Shown here in pieces: positions 50,605 to 60,365 of a stretch of 64,000 nucleotides of DNA (the first letter of the stretch is position 1; each line of letters opens with the position of its first letter). The notes below the pieces were generated by a model that was given only the letters and a program-made list of their open reading frames with translations, did no database searches and had not been told where the DNA came from. Made by a program: the position numbers and the translations under genes. Origin of the DNA: Chthoniobacteraceae bacterium (GTDB lineage: Bacteria > Verrucomicrobiota > Verrucomicrobiia > Chthoniobacterales > Chthoniobacteraceae); assembly GCA_031409655.1 (NCBI GenBank), contig JANNXQ010000194.1, forward strand, positions 1 through 64,000, written 5' to 3'.

Positions 50605-51150
50605 CTACCCGCCGCCGCTGCCGACGTATTCCGCGGAGTAAGTTTCAAACTTCGCGGTCGAGCCCACAGCGGGCGGGCTCTGGACGTCGTAAACGTTGTT
50701 GCCGACAACTTCGCCGGATTGGGTGTCGTAAATCATCACGGCCTTCTTGGCCTTCGGAGAAGTCTTCTCGTTCTTGACCGTGTCCACGGCGATGTAGCGC
50801 GGCTTCTTTTTTGCCGCAGTCCTTTTGCTGCCACTACTGCCCGAGGGGCGCCGGGCGATCCGCGCCGAGGCGATTCGACCGCGCTGAGCGGCGACCTCCC
50901 GCTGCCGCGCATCGGCTTGATGCTTGGCGATGATGTAGGTCGTGATGGCCACCACCGCACCGACGGCCGCGCCCGTGGCGATGGATTCACCGGTGCTCAT
51001 GCCCGCGTGGCGGGCGATGCTGCCCGCGAGGATGCCGGCTCCGCTGCCAAAGACGGCGGCGTTTTCACCCGGCGTCATATTAGCGCAGCCAGAGGCGGCG
51101 AGGGAAACGACGGTGAGCAGAGCGGCGGATTTGAGCGTGCCAGTTTTCAT
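50605..51150 (-). CDS. Glycine-zipper lipoprotein
   Basis: Lipobox [13 protein letters not shown] and GAAVGA zippers. Confidence 0.75.
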   Translation of the reverse strand: MKTGTLKSAALLTVVSLAASGCANMTPGENAAVFGSGAGILAGSIARHAGMSTGESIATGAAVGAVVAITTYIIAKHQADARQREVAAQRGRIASARIARRPSGSSGSKRTAAKKKPRYIAVDTVKNEKTSPKAKKAVMIYDTQSGEVVGNNVYDVQSPPAVGSTAKFETYSAEYVGSGGG

Positions 51151-51255
51151 AGATGAGGAAGAACCTGATCTCTAGCCGCAGAGCCCCGACGGGCGCAAGA
51201 AAATGTCAGGAAAGAGTCCGCCGCTTCCCGTGCATCCTCTCCTTTTTTTGATCGA

Positions 51256-52971
51256 TCAAAAGGACGGCGGCGCTGGAGCGGCACTCGCAGCTTTCGGCGA
51301 GACGGGCACCGCCCGCGCTTTGGCCAGGAGTTCATCGAGTTGCTGCGCGCGAGCGAGTGTCGGCTCATTGGCCCGCCGCCGCGCCGCACACGCGACCTGC
51401 ACCGGGCCGAGCGCGTCGGCGAGATCTTCGGAAAACGTCTCGATCGTCCTGCGCAAGTGTTCCTCGACCTCGATCACCAAGGCCTCGCGCCGCGTGGTCG
51501 CGAAGCGGCGGAAATCCGCGAGGATCCGCCATTGCCAGAGAAAGTGCGCGATGATCGCCAGGCCGGCGATAAACGCGGTGCCGGCCAAGACCCGGCCAAA
51601 GACGGGCAGCTCCGCGGCGGCGGAAAACGCCGTGAGCAGCACTCCGACGGCGATCGCAAATAGCGCCACCCGCAGCGTCGCGCCCGCGAGAAAGAAAAGC
51701 GCGTGCAGATGGCGATCCGTGCCCGCGTCGAGCGCGTGCCGCGCGAGCACCGACTGGAGATCGTCCCGCAAGTTCTGGCGGACGCCTTTGAAATCCGGCG
51801 GCTGCGGTCGCGGGCAATCCGCGATGGTCCGGCGGCGCTGCGTCTCGAGCTGCTCCCAGGCGAGCCGCTGCTCGGCTTCGATCGCCGCGAGCGTGGTGTC
51901 GGTCTCCGCCAGCACCGTTTCCCGCAAGGGTGTCTCCACGGTGTGCTCGAGATGCCCGCGCCACGCGCCTCCAGCGTTTAAGATCCCGGACAGCGAGAGG
52001 TGCGGACGGAAGATTTCCTCGCCGCGTTTCTGCGCGGTCTCGAGCGTCTTCGAGAGCGACCAAAGGATGCCGCCCATTTGCCGCAGCGATTGCTCTTTGC
52101 GGTCTTCGATCAACTCATGCATCCCGGCGAGCAGCTTCCCGTCACGCGTGGCGGATTGCACGGCCTCGCGCGAGACCCCGCTGATCTCCTTCAAGATTTC
52201 CCGAGCCCGGCCGCGCGCGAAGTCCACCGGCGCCCGGCGCGAGAGGCCCTCGGCGACTTCGCGGTCGATGTATTGCTCGAGCTTTTCGATCCCCGAGGCG
52301 GCGAGGGCGGTAGGTTCACCGACGATCCGCGCGGCGAGGGCACCGCGAGTGTCGATGGGGAAGATGGGACACGCCACGCCGGGACGTTTGAGCATCGCCT
52401 GCCGCAAGGTTTTCGCGGCTTCCTCGAGCGAGCCGCCGCCGCTCCCATCGGCGATCAGCACCACGCGCTTGAGTTGCGACGGCTCGAAGCGGGCGAGGAG
52501 TTTCCACGAGCGAGCCGCATCTGGCTGGGCAGCGGAGAAGACGAAAAGGAGGAGATCCGCCGCCGTCACATACGGCGCGAGTTCCGGCGTGATCTCGGAA
52601 CGCAGGCCGATGCCGGGCGTATCCACCAGCGTGAAGTCCCGCAGGAAAAGATGCGCGTGCTGACGCTCGATCACCCCGGGCCGCAACTCGGTCCGCTGCG
52701 CATCGGTGCCGTGCCGATAGACCGTGATTTTTTCCGTCGCCGCCGGAGCATCCGTGAAATCGCGTCCAAAGAGCGCATTCAAGAGCGAAGATTTTCCCGG
52801 CCGCCCGTCGCCCAGCGCGACGAAAAGGAACGGCTCACGCAGCCCATCTTGCAGCTCCTGCAATTCGGCGAGCGTCTCCGGCGCGGCTTGGCTCTCCTCC
52901 GCCAGACGGACGAGCGAGAAGAGCGCAGTGCCAACTTGCGCACGCAGCCGGATGTAGGCGTCGCCGAACAT
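51256..52971 (-). CDS. Dynamin-like GTPase with two TM helices
   Basis: EPFLFVALGDGRPGKSSLLNALFG, LVDTPG, helical stalk. Confidence 0.75.
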   Translation of the reverse strand: MFGDAYIRLRAQVGTALFSLVRLAEESQAAPETLAELQELQDGLREPFLFVALGDGRPGKSSLLNALFGRDFTDAPAATEKITVYRHGTDAQRTELRPGVIERQHAHLFLRDFTLVDTPGIGLRSEITPELAPYVTAADLLLFVFSAAQPDAARSWKLLARFEPSQLKRVVLIADGSGGGSLEEAAKTLRQAMLKRPGVACPIFPIDTRGALAARIVGEPTALAASGIEKLEQYIDREVAEGLSRRAPVDFARGRAREILKEISGVSREAVQSATRDGKLLAGMHELIEDRKEQSLRQMGGILWSLSKTLETAQKRGEEIFRPHLSLSGILNAGGAWRGHLEHTVETPLRETVLAETDTTLAAIEAEQRLAWEQLETQRRRTIADCPRPQPPDFKGVRQNLRDDLQSVLARHALDAGTDRHLHALFFLAGATLRVALFAIAVGVLLTAFSAAAELPVFGRVLAGTAFIAGLAIIAHFLWQWRILADFRRFATTRREALVIEVEEHLRRTIETFSEDLADALGPVQVACAARRRANEPTLARAQQLDELLAKARAVPVSPKAASAAPAPPSF

Positions 52972-53035
52972 GTAGGACAGTGGCTGACGTTAAAGCAGCG
53001 CACCGGGTTGCTTGTCCACGGAAGAAGTGCGGCCG

Positions 53036-53962
53036 CTACTCGGCCCGCTCCACAAAGAGCCGGCCCGCACGCCGCCGCGCGTGCGCACCGCCGGGCAGAT
53101 TCACTTTCGCCCGCGCACCATCGAGCAGCGCCCGGACGCGCTCCACTTCTTCAAACCCGACATTCGGCACCGCCCGCGTGCGCAGCCAGGCGTGCAAGGT
53201 GCGGCGTTGCAGCGCGAGGGGCAGCGCCCGGAGCAGCGGCACGGCGAGTTCCGCATTGAGCGGCGGGAGCAACGCGTCGAGCGCATCGCTTTCGGCCCGC
53301 AGGATTTCCGCCGCCCGCCACACCGCGCCGCGCACTTCCCGGCCAAAGGCGCGTTCGAGTTCCGGGAGGATTTCGTGCCGGATGCGATTGCGGGTGTGGC
53401 GCGGGTTGGCGTTGGAAAGGTCCTCGTAATACGCGAGCCCATGGGCCGCGATGTAAGCGTCGATCTCGCTCCGCCAGACGCCGAGGAGCGGGCGAAAAAT
53501 CTCCAACTCCACGCCCTCAATCGCGCGCTCGGAGTGCGCCGCCATTCCACCGAGTCCCGCCGAGCCCGAGCCGCGCAAGAGATTAAAAAGAAACGTCTCC
53601 ACCTGATCGTCCGCATGGTGCGCCAGGAGCAGCCGCGGGCAGTGCTGCTCGGCTGCCGTGCGCGCAAAAAATGCGTAGCGCGCCTCCCGCGCCGCGGTCT
53701 CGATCGACTGCTTCCGCCGCTTCGCCCGCGCCGCCACATTCTCCCGCTTCACGACGAAAGGCAGCTTCCAGCGCTTTGCGAGCGCGCGCACAAATTTCGC
53801 CTCCACCACGCTCTCCGCGCGCAAGCCGTGATCGAGATGGCAGACGATCAACTCCCGGTGGCCCTGCGCGACTAGCGCGTGGAGCAGCGCCACGGAGTCA
53901 CGCCCGCCGGAGACGCCGATGAGCGCGGGCTCGTCCGGGGCAGGGAGACCTACGAGCTGCAC
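53036..53962 (-). CDS. tilS: tRNA(Ile)-lysidine synthetase
   Basis: SGGRDS, HLDHGLR, AREARY, AHHADDQVET, RPLL, DLSN..RNRIR. Confidence 0.95.
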   Translation of the reverse strand: MQLVGLPAPDEPALIGVSGGRDSVALLHALVAQGHRELIVCHLDHGLRAESVVEAKFVRALAKRWKLPFVVKRENVAARAKRRKQSIETAAREARYAFFARTAAEQHCPRLLLAHHADDQVETFLFNLLRGSGSAGLGGMAAHSERAIEGVELEIFRPLLGVWRSEIDAYIAAHGLAYYEDLSNANPRHTRNRIRHEILPELERAFGREVRGAVWRAAEILRAESDALDALLPPLNAELAVPLLRALPLALQRRTLHAWLRTRAVPNVGFEEVERVRALLDGARAKVNLPGGAHARRRAGRLFVERAE

Positions 53963-53974
53963 GGGATGGCCCTG

Positions 53975-54068
53975 GTTCGATGTTCAGTGTTCGACGTTCG
54001 ATGTTCGATGTTCCGAACCGAAATTGCGGAAACATCGAACGTCGAACATCGAACATCGAACATCGAAC
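53975..54068. repeat. Heptamer hairpin (GTTCGAT)5-loop-(ATCGAAC)5 between serS and tilS
   Basis: Directly visible near-perfect long inverted array. Confidence 0.9.
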
Positions 54069-54092
54069 GAGCCTCCAGAAAGCGCGGGTCCG

Positions 54093-55364
54093 TCACCCGA
54101 TCCGATCCATCCCGAAGGCCGCACGGAGCGGCTCTGGGATGAGCACGCTGCCATCCTCCTGCTGATAGGTCTCCAGCAGCGCCACGTAGAGCCGCGGCAG
54201 GGCGGTGCCCGAACCATTCAGGGTGTGGCAGAATTGATTTTTCCCGTCCTCGCCTTTGAAGCGCATCGCCATCCGGCGCGCTTGGAAGTCGCCGAAGTTT
54301 GAGCAGCTCGAGACTTCGAGATACGCATTCTGGCCGGGCGCCCAGACCTCGATGTCATAGGTCTTTGTCGCACCAAAGCCGAGGTCGCCGGTGCATAGCT
54401 CGATGACGCGATAGTGCAGCCCGAGGAGTTGCAGCACTTTCTCCGCATCGGCAGTCAGCGCGTCGAGTTCCGCGAAGCTGGTTTCCGGCGTCGTGATTTT
54501 CACGAGCTCCACTTTGTCGAACTGATGCGTGCGGATGAGCCCGCGCGTGCCGAGGCCGGCGGCGCCCGCTTCGCGCCGGAAGCACGGCGTGTAAGCGGTG
54601 TAGCGGATCGGGAGCTGCTCGAGCCGCAGGATTTCCTCGCGGTGCAAATTCGTCACCGGCACCTCGGCCGTCGGCACGAGGTAGAGATCGTCGTCTTTGC
54701 AGCGATACTGCTGCTCTTCAAATTTCGGGAGCTGCGTGGTGCCGACGAGCGACTCGGATTTCACGAGCAGTGGCGGGCTGACCTCGGCGTAGCCGTGTTC
54801 GCGGGTGTGCAGATCGAGGAGGAAATTGATGAGCGTCCGCAGGAGTCGCGCGCCGGCGCCGGTGTAGAGCGCAAAGGCGCTACCGGTGATCTTCGTCGCC
54901 CGCTCAAAGTCAAAGAGGCCGAGCTTTTCGCCCAGCTCGATGTGGCTCTTCGGCGCAAAGGTGAACGCCGGCTTTTCGCCCCAGGTCCGGAGCACTGGAT
55001 TATCCTCCGCCGACGTGCCCACCGGGCAGCCCTCATGCGGCAGATTTGGCACATTGAGCAAGAGCGTGCGCTGGCCGGCCTCGAGCTGCCGCGCCGCATC
55101 TTCGAGCACCGCGAGCTGCTCGCCGAACGAACGCACCTCGGCCTCAATCGCCGCCGTGTCCTCGCCCTTGCCCTTTTTTGCCCCGATCTCCTTGCTGATG
55201 CGTTTGCGATCCGCCTGGAGCTGCTGAAACTGCGTCTCCGCCGCGCGCCGCTTCGTGTCACAGGCGAGGATTTCATCGACCGCCGACGCCAGCTTCGGGT
55301 CCCGTGTGGCGAGACGCTGTTTCACGAGGTCGGGATTTTCGCGGATGAGCCGGATGTCAAGCAT
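54093..55364 (-). CDS. serS: Serine--tRNA ligase
   Basis: [43 protein letters not shown]. Confidence 0.98.
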   Translation of the reverse strand: MLDIRLIRENPDLVKQRLATRDPKLASAVDEILACDTKRRAAETQFQQLQADRKRISKEIGAKKGKGEDTAAIEAEVRSFGEQLAVLEDAARQLEAGQRTLLLNVPNLPHEGCPVGTSAEDNPVLRTWGEKPAFTFAPKSHIELGEKLGLFDFERATKITGSAFALYTGAGARLLRTLINFLLDLHTREHGYAEVSPPLLVKSESLVGTTQLPKFEEQQYRCKDDDLYLVPTAEVPVTNLHREEILRLEQLPIRYTAYTPCFRREAGAAGLGTRGLIRTHQFDKVELVKITTPETSFAELDALTADAEKVLQLLGLHYRVIELCTGDLGFGATKTYDIEVWAPGQNAYLEVSSCSNFGDFQARRMAMRFKGEDGKNQFCHTLNGSGTALPRLYVALLETYQQEDGSVLIPEPLRAAFGMDRIG

Positions 55365-55504
55365 GGGGCGGGGAGACTAGTGGCCGGGCGCACGCCGGGC
55401 AAGCAGAGCCATCAAGGCCGTCAATTTACCGACCAGCATACCCACCGCAGCGCTACCTATACCTCCCGTCATCCGCACCATCCAAGCCGATCAAGATACA
55501 TGGG

Positions 55505-56683
55505 TCACTTCACCACCTCGCTCTGCCGCAACGCGGCGCGGAATTGTTTGTAGAGCGCGTCGAGGCTGGGGCGGATTTGGTGGGTGCGTTGGGACCACTC
55601 CAGTTTCGGCTTGGCAGCCATCACGGCGGCGCTGTTGTTTGCCTGGCTCTTGAGTTCGGCGCGCTGGGATTCTTCGCGGGCAAATTGTGGCCAGCTCATC
55701 TTGTAGTTGCGCCGGGCTTCCAGCGCCTGGCTGGTCACGCCGGTGCGCGCCTGCGCCTCCACGGCGCGGAAACCGGCCCGCGCCAGCGTCCGGTCGCGTT
55801 CATCCAGCGCGGCGATCATCGTGTTGCAGAGTTGCTCGCCGATCTTGTAAGCCTCCGGGCTCGCCTTGGGTTTCTTCGCCGCCTCGTCCAGCAGGTCTTC
55901 GCGCAGGTAAGTCACATTCTGCCGGATGTCCGGCGGCACCCCCGCATCCAACGGCGCCAGCACTCACGCGCTCGCGTTCGGGGCCTGCTGCGAGAGGGTT
56001 TCGAGGAGGGGCTGGTTGGGATTAATAGGAACAGCGGACGGTGTTGACGGGTTCGCAGTGACCGACTGTTGCTGAGGCCCGATTTCCTTGATGCGGACGT
56101 TGCGGAACTGGACCGCTCCTTTCCAATGGCATTGAAAACCAACGTAACCGCGGGTGTTGCCACTCCCCGCGAATGTATTTACCAATTGGTCGTTGAGTCG
56201 CACCGAGTATTCTTGGCCGACGACGGTTATTTCGAGGTCATTCCAATCACCAAGGCGCTGCGGAACACTCGAAGGATCCTTTTTTCCGTAAATGGCGCCT
56301 GTCGGTCTATCGTCCGTCTGTTTCCCGTAGATCTGCACCTTGTAGCTACCGCGTTCGACAGCAACGGGATCGTTTTCCAACGCAGGAATGCGCAAGTATA
56401 TGCCTGATTTCGATGGCGCTTCACCATGCTTGAATTCGAGTTTGAGAACGAAGTCTGCAAATTCTTTTTTTCCATACCAATAAACTGCAGCAGGTTTATC
56501 AGGAGCGTATGTAGTCGCAATGCCACCGCTAATGTTCATGCCGCCGTTGCCACATTGCTTCCAACCGTCAGTGTGTTCTCGATCCAACAAAGGAATGAAC
56601 CCCGGCTCGACGGCACTCGAATCAGGGAGCAGCGCAGTGCAGCAAAGTGTGGCGAGGAGGAGATGGCGAACGATGGGTGTCAT
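55505..56683 (-). pseudogene. Secreted DUF1080 (3-keto-disaccharide hydrolase-like) protein with the shared C-terminal domain; in-frame TGA at 55964-55966
   Basis: Signal MTPIVRHLLL, FADFVLKLEFK, SGIYLR, TGAIY, GDWNDLEITV, GYVGFQCH, VQFRNVRIKE; ORFs 55964.. and 55505..55963 abut in the same frame. Confidence 0.8.
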
Positions 56684-56800
56684 GGGAGTTGGTAGTAAGG
56701 TCGAGCGCGTAACGGAATTCACACTTCTGGCGATGGCCCTCAAAACGGTGGTCAGGCCAACACCAATCTTCGATCCCCATCCGCCCTTGCGCTGAATGCA

Positions 56801-57022
56801 AACGCCAACGGCGTTCCATCTTCCAGCCCAGGGTTGCGAGGCACGAGCTACCCTGGGTTCCCATCCGCGCGCGGGGCCAACTCTGAAGGAGTTGCAGCCA
56901 GCACGGCGTACTGTGGCAGATGAAACCCTTTCAGGGTTTGCCGGGTTTGTCGGAGGGCACCCAGGGTAGGCGCTCGTGCCTCGCGCCAACCCTGGGCTGA
57001 TGGATGGAACGCCGTTGGCGTT
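56801..57022. repeat. Palindromic element family B (222 nt), copy 1
   Basis: aacgccaacggcgtt..agcccagggttgcgaggcacgagctaccctggg..aaccctttcagggtt..cccagggtaggcgctcgtgcctcgcgccaaccctgggct..aacgccgttggcgtt. Confidence 0.9.
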
Positions 57023-57084
57023 CACGGCCGGATCAACAATGGCAGACTGGAAGGAGTTCATGGGAATCGTTTGGCTTTGGGCGT

Positions 57085-58395
57085 TCACTTTGTCGGCGCG
57101 CCTTGCCGGAGGGCTTCGCGGAATTGGGCGTAGAGGGTGTCGAGGGTTTTGCGGAGGGTGGCGGTGCGCTGGGACCATTCGAGTTTGGGGCGTTCGGCCA
57201 TCACGTTGGCGCCGGCGATTGCCTGGCTCTTGAGTTCGGCGCGCTGGGATTCTTCGCGGGCAAATTGCGGCCAACTCATCTTGTTGTTGCGCCGGGCTTC
57301 CAGCGCCTGGCTGGTCACGCCGGTGCGCGCCTGCGCCTCCACGGCGCGGAAGCCGGCGCGGGCGAGGGTTTGGTTGCGTTCTTCGAGGGCGGCCAGGACG
57401 GTCTGGCAGAGCTGGGCGGCGAGGGTGTAGGCGGCGGCGCTGGCCTTGGGTTGCTGTTTGCCTTCGTCCAGCAAGTCCTCGCGGAGGAAGGTCAGGTTCT
57501 GCCGGATGTCGCCCGGCACCGCCTGCTCCAGCGGAGCCAGCGTCCACTCGATGGCATTCGGCGCCTGGTCTTTGAGGACTTCGATGCGGGGTTGGTTGGG
57601 GTCGGTTTGGATGGTGGTTGGACCGGCAGTCGATAATGATGCAGCGGTGGTAGCAGTCGAACTCTGCGTAATTCGCTCCATACGTGTTCCGGTTATTCGT
57701 TCTTTGCTGTCCCAGCTTTTGGCACCCACGAAGGACGAAAATGTCTGATCAAATGTTAGGACCGTCTTGAGTTTCTTGTTCGCGAACTCTTCGAGAGTGA
57801 CTTTGTTCGGCCCGGTGATTCGCGAAGCTGATGCGGCCGGCTCGCCATCCACCGTGATAACTGTGGCCATACCGTCGCTGAACCGGACTTCTTTCCACTT
57901 TGGCTTGTCGGGATTGCTCCATGACCATTTGTAGCCGAACAACGCCTCCTGCAAGGTCCGGGGATTCTGCGCGCAAGCCCGTTGCGTCGGACCAATAATC
58001 GCGAAGAGCGCCAGGAAAATAAAGTGACGGATGACTGATCCCGAGTCGGCACCGCAAATGAAGCGAACGCCAACGGCGTTGCATCGACCAGCCCAGGGTT
58101 GCGAGGCACGAGCTACCCTGGGTTTCCGTTCATGAAAGGAATCAACCCTGAAAGGGTTGCAGCCAAGGCGCTCCGAGTTGGTTGATGAAACCCTTTCAGG
58201 GTTTGCGGATGGTTTCGGAGCGGACCCAGGGTAGGCGCTCGTGCCTCGCGCCAACCCTGGGCTGGTCGATGGAACGCCGTTGGCGTTCGCTGCGCGTCTC
58301 GAACTCCCGTCGTTCGATGCGTTCCACGACTTCTCTTGGTCGGTTGCGTTGTCTGTATGCGCTGCGTTCTCAAAGGCGAATCGATACGGGTTCAT
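57085..58395 (-). CDS. Secreted protein: unknown beta-rich domain, T/S linker and the shared C-terminal domain
   Basis: Signal-like IRHFIFLALFAIIGPTQRACAQ downstream of an in-frame repeat; C-terminus [38 protein letters not shown]. Confidence 0.75.
   Translation of the reverse strand: MNPYRFAFENAAHTDNATDQEKSWNASNDGSSRRAANANGVPSTSPGLARGTSAYPGSAPKPSANPERVSSTNSERLGCNPFRVDSFHERKPRVARASQPWAGRCNAVGVRFICGADSGSVIRHFIFLALFAIIGPTQRACAQNPRTLQEALFGYKWSWSNPDKPKWKEVRFSDGMATVITVDGEPAASASRITGPNKVTLEEFANKKLKTVLTFDQTFSSFVGAKSWDSKERITGTRMERITQSSTATTAASLSTAGPTTIQTDPNQPRIEVLKDQAPNAIEWTLAPLEQAVPGDIRQNLTFLREDLLDEGKQQPKASAAAYTLAAQLCQTVLAALEERNQTLARAGFRAVEAQARTGVTSQALEARRNNKMSWPQFAREESQRAELKSQAIAGANVMAERPKLEWSQRTATLRKTLDTLYAQFREALRQGAPTK
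58066..58287. repeat. Palindromic element family B (222 nt), copy 2, in frame in a CDS
   Basis: Same arms and length as 56801-57022. Confidence 0.9.
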
Positions 58396-58417
58396 AGAAT
58401 GGTGTGGGTCGGAGTCC

Positions 58418-60286
58418 TTACTTTGATGCGGGATTTTGCCGCATTGCGGCGCGGAATTGGGCGTAGAGGTTGTCGAGGCCTTTGCTGAGCTGGCTGGTGC
58501 GCTGGGACCATTCGAGTTTCGGGCGTTCGGCCATGATGGCGGCGTTGTGGATGGCCTGGCTTTTGAGTTCGGCGCGCTGGGAAGTTTCGCGGGCGTATTG
58601 GGGCCAGCTCATCATGTAGTTGCGGCGGGCTTCGAGGGACTGGCTGGTGACGCCGGTGCGCGCCGCGGCCTTCACTCCGCGGAAGCCGGCGCGGGCTTGG
58701 GTCTGCGTGCGTTCGTCGAGGATGGCGAGGAGGTTTTGGCAGAGCTGCGCGCCGAGACGGTAGGCGTCGGCGCTGGCGGCGGGCTGACGCCGCGACTCAT
58801 CGGCGAGGTCTTCGCGCAGGAAGGTGAGGTTTTGGCGGATGTCGGCGGGGACGCTCTGGTCGAGTGGGGCGAGGACCCAGGCGGTGATGTTCGGGATCTG
58901 TCGGGAGAAGGTGGGGAGCAGGCTCGGCGCGGGGGCGGGGGTCGCGGGTGGCAGGATTGAGGGCGGAGCTGGGGCCTGGACGACGGGCATCGGCGCAACA
59001 AGCGGCGGGATCGGAGTCGGGGTGGCAGCCGGTGGCGGAGCTACGGGAGGAGCAGAAGTTTGGGTGACGCCAGGATTCGGGGCAGCAAGCGGGAGGAGCG
59101 GTGTCTGGGCGCTGGCGATGGTAACGGGCGTGGGCTTTGGCTCTGGACGCGGTTCCGGGGAGGTAGGAGTTGGTTGCAACAGTGTGCCGCTCTCCGCTTC
59201 AAAGTCCGGCGGTTCAACCATGCTCTTTTTCAAGAGGACGCCACCTTCAAATACGACAAGGAGCACAACCGCGGTGACGACGACGGTGATAACAATGGCA
59301 ATGCTTGGCGAGAGGCGCGGCGCCAAGGACGGGGTGCCGAGCGGCCCACCTTCGCCCCCGGATGTTTGGGGCACGACGGAGCGTGTCCCTCCTGGCGGGG
59401 TGTTGCGGATGCGGTCCACATCGGTCTTCATCTCGCTGACGCGCTGGTAGCGGCGGGCGGGCTCCTGCTGGAGCGCGCGCACGACGACTTCGTCGATGCG
59501 GGCATCGACGGGCACTTTCTCCGAGGGCAGCGCGAAGATGCCCTGCGGGCGCTGGCCGGTGAGCATTTCGTAGAGCATGACTCCGAGGGCGTAGATGTCG
59601 GCGCGCTGGTCGGCTTCGCCGGTGCGCTGCTCGGGGGCCATGTAGTCGGGCGTGCCCATGACCATCGCGGTCTGGGTGAGGCCGCCGGTGTGGCCGTGTG
59701 CGGGGCGGGCGAGGCCGAAGTCGGCGAGCTTGGCGCGGCCGTCCTTGGTGAGGAGGATATTGGCGGGCTTGATGTCGCGGTGGATGACGCCCTGGCTGTG
59801 GGCAAAAGCTAGGGCGTCGCAGATCTGGCCGGTGATGGCGAGGGCTTGCTTCGGATTGAGGCCGGGGCCGTGCAGGACGCGGCTGAGGTCGGTGCCGGCG
59901 ACGTATTCCATGACGAAGAAGAAGTGGCCTTCGCTGGTCTGGCCGAAGTCATAGACGGCGACGATGCCGGGATGCTGGAGCTGGGCGAGGGTGCGCGCTT
60001 CGCGTTGGAAGCGGGCGATGAAATCCTCGTCGGCGGCGATCTCGGCGGGGAGGAGCTTGATGGCGACGGGGCGATCGAGCGTGGACTGTCAGCCTTTGTA
60101 CACCGCGCCCATGCCGCCGTGGCCGAGCAGGCTCTCAATCCGGTATTGCGGGAGCAACGCAGCGAGCACGTCGGGCGCGGGCGGCGTCCAGGCGGCGGCG
60201 CCGACGGAGGGCTGCGCGGTGTTCAAGGCGCGGGCGAGGAGTTCGCCGGGGTCGAGGCCGTGGAGTTCGGGATCAGGGTCGGGCAT
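58418..60286 (-). pseudogene. Hanks-type Ser/Thr kinase with TM helix, Pro-rich linker and the shared C-terminal domain; in-frame TGA at 60089-60091
   Basis: [29 protein letters not shown] in a single frame; [23 protein letters not shown]. Confidence 0.88.
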
Positions 60287-60365
60287 GGCGCGGATTTGTT
60301 TCACCCATTGCTAGGGAATCCGGAGGCGGAGGTTGCAATTGAGCGCACATTTTTTCCGCGCCGGC

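Noticed and set aside
53975..54068. CRISPR array (also 13934-14017)
   Set aside because: 7-nt tandem units without unique spacers; no cas genes
55505..58897. Diversity-generating retroelement template/variable repeats
   Set aside because: No reverse transcriptase in the window, all copies are coding, and differences are not confined to adenines of one template
55964..60091. Genome-wide UGA=Trp recoding
   Set aside because: Many genes here end in TGA at conserved C-termini with ATGA/GTGA coupling, and Trp is otherwise TGG
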